Source of the DNA: Spirochaetaceae bacterium
GTDB lineage: Bacteria; Spirochaetota; Spirochaetia; DSM-2461
Length of the DNA stretch: 64,000 bases
Direction of reading: 5' to 3'
Assembly (NCBI GenBank): GCA_051531975.1
Contig: JAOPTT010000002.1
Span: forward strand, 473,968 to 537,967
The translations under genes and the position numbers were made by a program. Position 1 is the stretch's first letter. Each line of letters opens with the position of its first letter. Below the pieces are notes generated by a model. It ran no database searches. It worked only from the letters and a program-made list of their open reading frames with translations, and was not told the DNA's origin. Shown here piece by piece: positions 61,369 to 64,000 of the stretch.

Positions 61369-61821
61369 ATGGATAAAACAGTCAAAGATTTTTTATCTGG
61401 AATCTTATTTTTCAGCTTTGGTGTCTTTGTTCTCATACTGCTTCCTTCCCAAATAATGGGGGAAGGGGCATATGGTGAAGATGTCGGACCGGATTTTATT
61501 CCAAAGGTTATGGCCTTAGCCATGATAATTTTTAGTACGCTACTAATTATTAAATCCGTTATTAAAAAAGAGTTCCGAGACGCAGTTAAACTACTTCGGT
61601 TTAAATTACCCCCTATAGAGATCCCTGCAGTTATTTTGTTAATAACAGCCTGGGTATGTAGTCTTTTTTATGTGAACTATTTAGTGGTAACAATTCCATT
61701 TGTAATGCTCTCCCTTGCTCTATTTAAGAATAAGAAAAAAAGTACTTACATTATAGCTGTTGGTTTCGTTTTACTTCTTTTTGTAGTATTTCGTTTTTTA
61801 CTAAATGTAAGATTACCATAG
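61369..61821 (+). CDS. tctB: Tripartite tricarboxylate transporter small membrane subunit
   Basis: GPDFIP; C-terminal VFRFLLNVRLP; position in the operon. Confidence 0.9.
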   Translation: MDKTVKDFLSGILFFSFGVFVLILLPSQIMGEGAYGEDVGPDFIPKVMALAMIIFSTLLIIKSVIKKEFRDAVKLLRFKLPPIEIPAVILLITAWVCSLFYVNYLVVTIPFVMLSLALFKNKKKSTYIIAVGFVLLLFVVFRFLLNVRLP

Positions 61822-61832
61822 AAGGAGGTATT

Positions 61833-63314
61833 ATGTTACAAGATATATTAATAGGCCTTAAAGGGTCGTTATCTATGGGTGCTTTAATATCTATAAATAT
61901 CGGAGTACTTGCCGGTATTATTATGGGTGCTCTTCCTGGACTAGGTGTTGCAATGGCTGTAACTGTTATTCTGCCACTGGTTTTTGGAATGGAAACTGCA
62001 AACGGTTTATTACTACTGTTAGGAGTATATTGTGGAGGAACATATGGTGGTTCTATTACTGCTATATTAATAAAAACTCCTGGTGCCGCAGCTTCAATTA
62101 CAACAGCAATTGATGGGTATGAACTTACAAAAAAAGGTCACTCAAAAAAAGCATTAGATATGGCTATAACTGCCTCTACTGTTGGTGGAATAATAAGTGC
62201 TATAACATTGGTTCTATTTGCTCCGGTTTTAGCAAAATTTGTATTAAAATTTGGACCACCAGAATATTTCTCATTAGCTGTGTTTGGTTTAACAATTATA
62301 GCATCTGTTAGTGGAGATAGTATTTTAAAAGGTCTAATATTAGGTGCATTTGGTGTCTTTATTTCTACTATTGGCTTAGACCTTATACATGGTATTCCTC
62401 GTTTTACTTTAGGAACCCAATATTTAAAAGGTGGCATTGGTATAGTTCCAGCAATTGTTGGTGTTTTCTCTATTGCAGAGATTCTTGTAAAAGCCCCTAA
62501 ATTAAAAAATATGAAACCCTATGGGGATATGACAATAAGCGAGGATAATGGTCTCACTAAAAAGGATATGAAAAAATCCTGGAAAACAATATTAAGATCT
62601 TCGGGCATTGGTACTGTTATAGGTGCTATTCCGGGAGCAGGAGCTGTTATAGCTGCTTTTATTGGTTATGCCCAGGCAAAGCGAGCATCAAAAAATCCTG
62701 AAGAGTTTGGTAAAGGTAGTATCGAAGGTGTGGCAGCAGCTGAAGCCGCAAATAATGCCGTAACAAGTTCGTCTCTTATTCCTATGTTAACACTTGGGGT
62801 TCCTGGATCTGTAGTTTCCGCTATTGTTATGGGTGCTTTAATAATGAATGGTTTAGTCCCTGGTGCAAATCTGTTTACAGAGCAAAAACCTCTAACATAT
62901 ACAGTAATGGTTGGAATGATTATTATTAATATATTTATGTTTATCCAAGCTAAAGGTTTTATTAAGTTATTTGTTAAAGTAACAAAGATTCAGCCATCTC
63001 TATTAATGGTTCTTGTAATGGCTATGGCTTTAACTGGAACATATGCTGTTAACAATACGTTACTAGATATTTTTATTGTAATAATATTTGCGATTATTGG
63101 GGTTATTCTAATTAAACTTGATTTTGCATTACCACCACTTATATTAGGTTTAGTACTGGGTCCTATTGCAGAAAATACTATGCGGCAATCACTTTTAATG
63201 TCAGGTGGTGAGATGTCCATTTTTGTTACTAGACCTATTTGTATAATATTTTTAAGTGTTGCTCTGTTGTCTGTAGTTACTACAGCTATTAAAAGATGGA
63301 GGGAGCAAAAGTGA
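61833..63314 (+). CDS. tctA: Tripartite tricarboxylate transporter large membrane subunit
   Basis: GALPGLG, YGGSITAIL, AEAANNA, PMLTLGVPGS. Confidence 0.95.
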   Translation: MLQDILIGLKGSLSMGALISINIGVLAGIIMGALPGLGVAMAVTVILPLVFGMETANGLLLLLGVYCGGTYGGSITAILIKTPGAAASITTAIDGYELTKKGHSKKALDMAITASTVGGIISAITLVLFAPVLAKFVLKFGPPEYFSLAVFGLTIIASVSGDSILKGLILGAFGVFISTIGLDLIHGIPRFTLGTQYLKGGIGIVPAIVGVFSIAEILVKAPKLKNMKPYGDMTISEDNGLTKKDMKKSWKTILRSSGIGTVIGAIPGAGAVIAAFIGYAQAKRASKNPEEFGKGSIEGVAAAEAANNAVTSSSLIPMLTLGVPGSVVSAIVMGALIMNGLVPGANLFTEQKPLTYTVMVGMIIINIFMFIQAKGFIKLFVKVTKIQPSLLMVLVMAMALTGTYAVNNTLLDIFIVIIFAIIGVILIKLDFALPPLILGLVLGPIAENTMRQSLLMSGGEMSIFVTRPICIIFLSVALLSVVTTAIKRWREQK

Positions 63315-64000
63315 AACCTAATATAATTTTTTTGTTTCCAGATCAATGGAGAGGGGATTGGTTTAGCACTTCTAAAATAGGGAAAATGTTAAATATTCCT
63401 ACTTTAAATAGTTTAGCTGATAATGGTGTTAAGTTTAATAACGCTTTTACTCCATCCCCACTTTGCGCTCCTGCTAGGGCATGTATTGCCACAGGAATGG
63501 AGTATCCAGCATATGGTGTAGTTAATAATAGTATGGATCTGCCTGCAGAAGCTGCTACTGTTTATCATAAATTACGTGATAATGGATATCATGTAATGGG
63601 CTGTGGAAAGTTTGATCTTCATAAAGCTTCTTATTCATGGGGTAAAGATGGTGGTCATTTAATGAAAAAATGGGGCTTTTCCGATGGTATTGATAACGAA
63701 GGAAAGGTTGATGGCGTAACATCGTATAAGCAAAATAAAGTTGGTCCTTATATGGATTTTCTTAAACAGCAAGATAAGGTAGAGACACATATTAAAGACT
63801 TTGATAAAAGAGGAAAATATGGAACATTCCCTACAGAATTAAATGATGATGAATATTGTGATAACTGGGTTACAAATAATGCTATTAAATTGATTGATAG
63901 AGCACCTAAGAAAAAACCCTTGTTTCTTCAGGTTAATTTCACAGGACCACACGACCCTTTTGATATTACAGACAAAATGTCGACCTGGTACAAAGATGTA
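63311..64000 (+). CDS. Formylglycine-dependent sulfatase, 3'-truncated by the window edge
   Basis: GTG overlapping the tctA stop; MKPNIIFLFPDQWR..PLCAPARACIATG (CxPxR), GKFDL, PHDP. Confidence 0.93.
   Translation, partial: MKPNIIFLFPDQWRGDWFSTSKIGKMLNIPTLNSLADNGVKFNNAFTPSPLCAPARACIATGMEYPAYGVVNNSMDLPAEAATVYHKLRDNGYHVMGCGKFDLHKASYSWGKDGGHLMKKWGFSDGIDNEGKVDGVTSYKQNKVGPYMDFLKQQDKVETHIKDFDKRGKYGTFPTELNDDEYCDNWVTNNAIKLIDRAPKKKPLFLQVNFTGPHDPFDITDKMSTWYKDV

Overview
Very AT-rich bacterial chromosomal window, probably from a free-living spirochaete (inferred from signal-peptide style and gene content, not proven). It has five parts. (1) 1-3.6 kb: the 3' part of a hybrid sensor kinase plus ccdA and a thioredoxin. 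(2) 3.6-13.8 kb: a mosaic of small accessory genes and decaying duplicates, punctuated by a repeated ~60-bp element and C-terminal fragments of Rpn-family genes. (3) 14-50.5 kb: a defence-type island, almost all on the minus strand. It holds a WYL regulator divergent from ankyrin/SEL1/membrane/secreted-nuclease genes; a queuosine-precursor transporter + glycosyltransferase/radical-SAM + methyltransferase operon; a TerB/HNH/NYN operon; an IS21 element; McrBC; a type I RM system; and Gabija. (4) 50.7-59.4 kb: duplicated methyltransferase/Rpn modules, YhcG, a RhuM relic with in-frame palindromes, and two exported proteins. (5) LysR, tctCBA and a sulfatase running off the end. A structured, covarying ~110-160 nt non-coding element occurs in 5 copies plus one fragment. 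I saw no rRNA, tRNA or CRISPR array. All family calls come from motif recognition by eye; no database searches were run.
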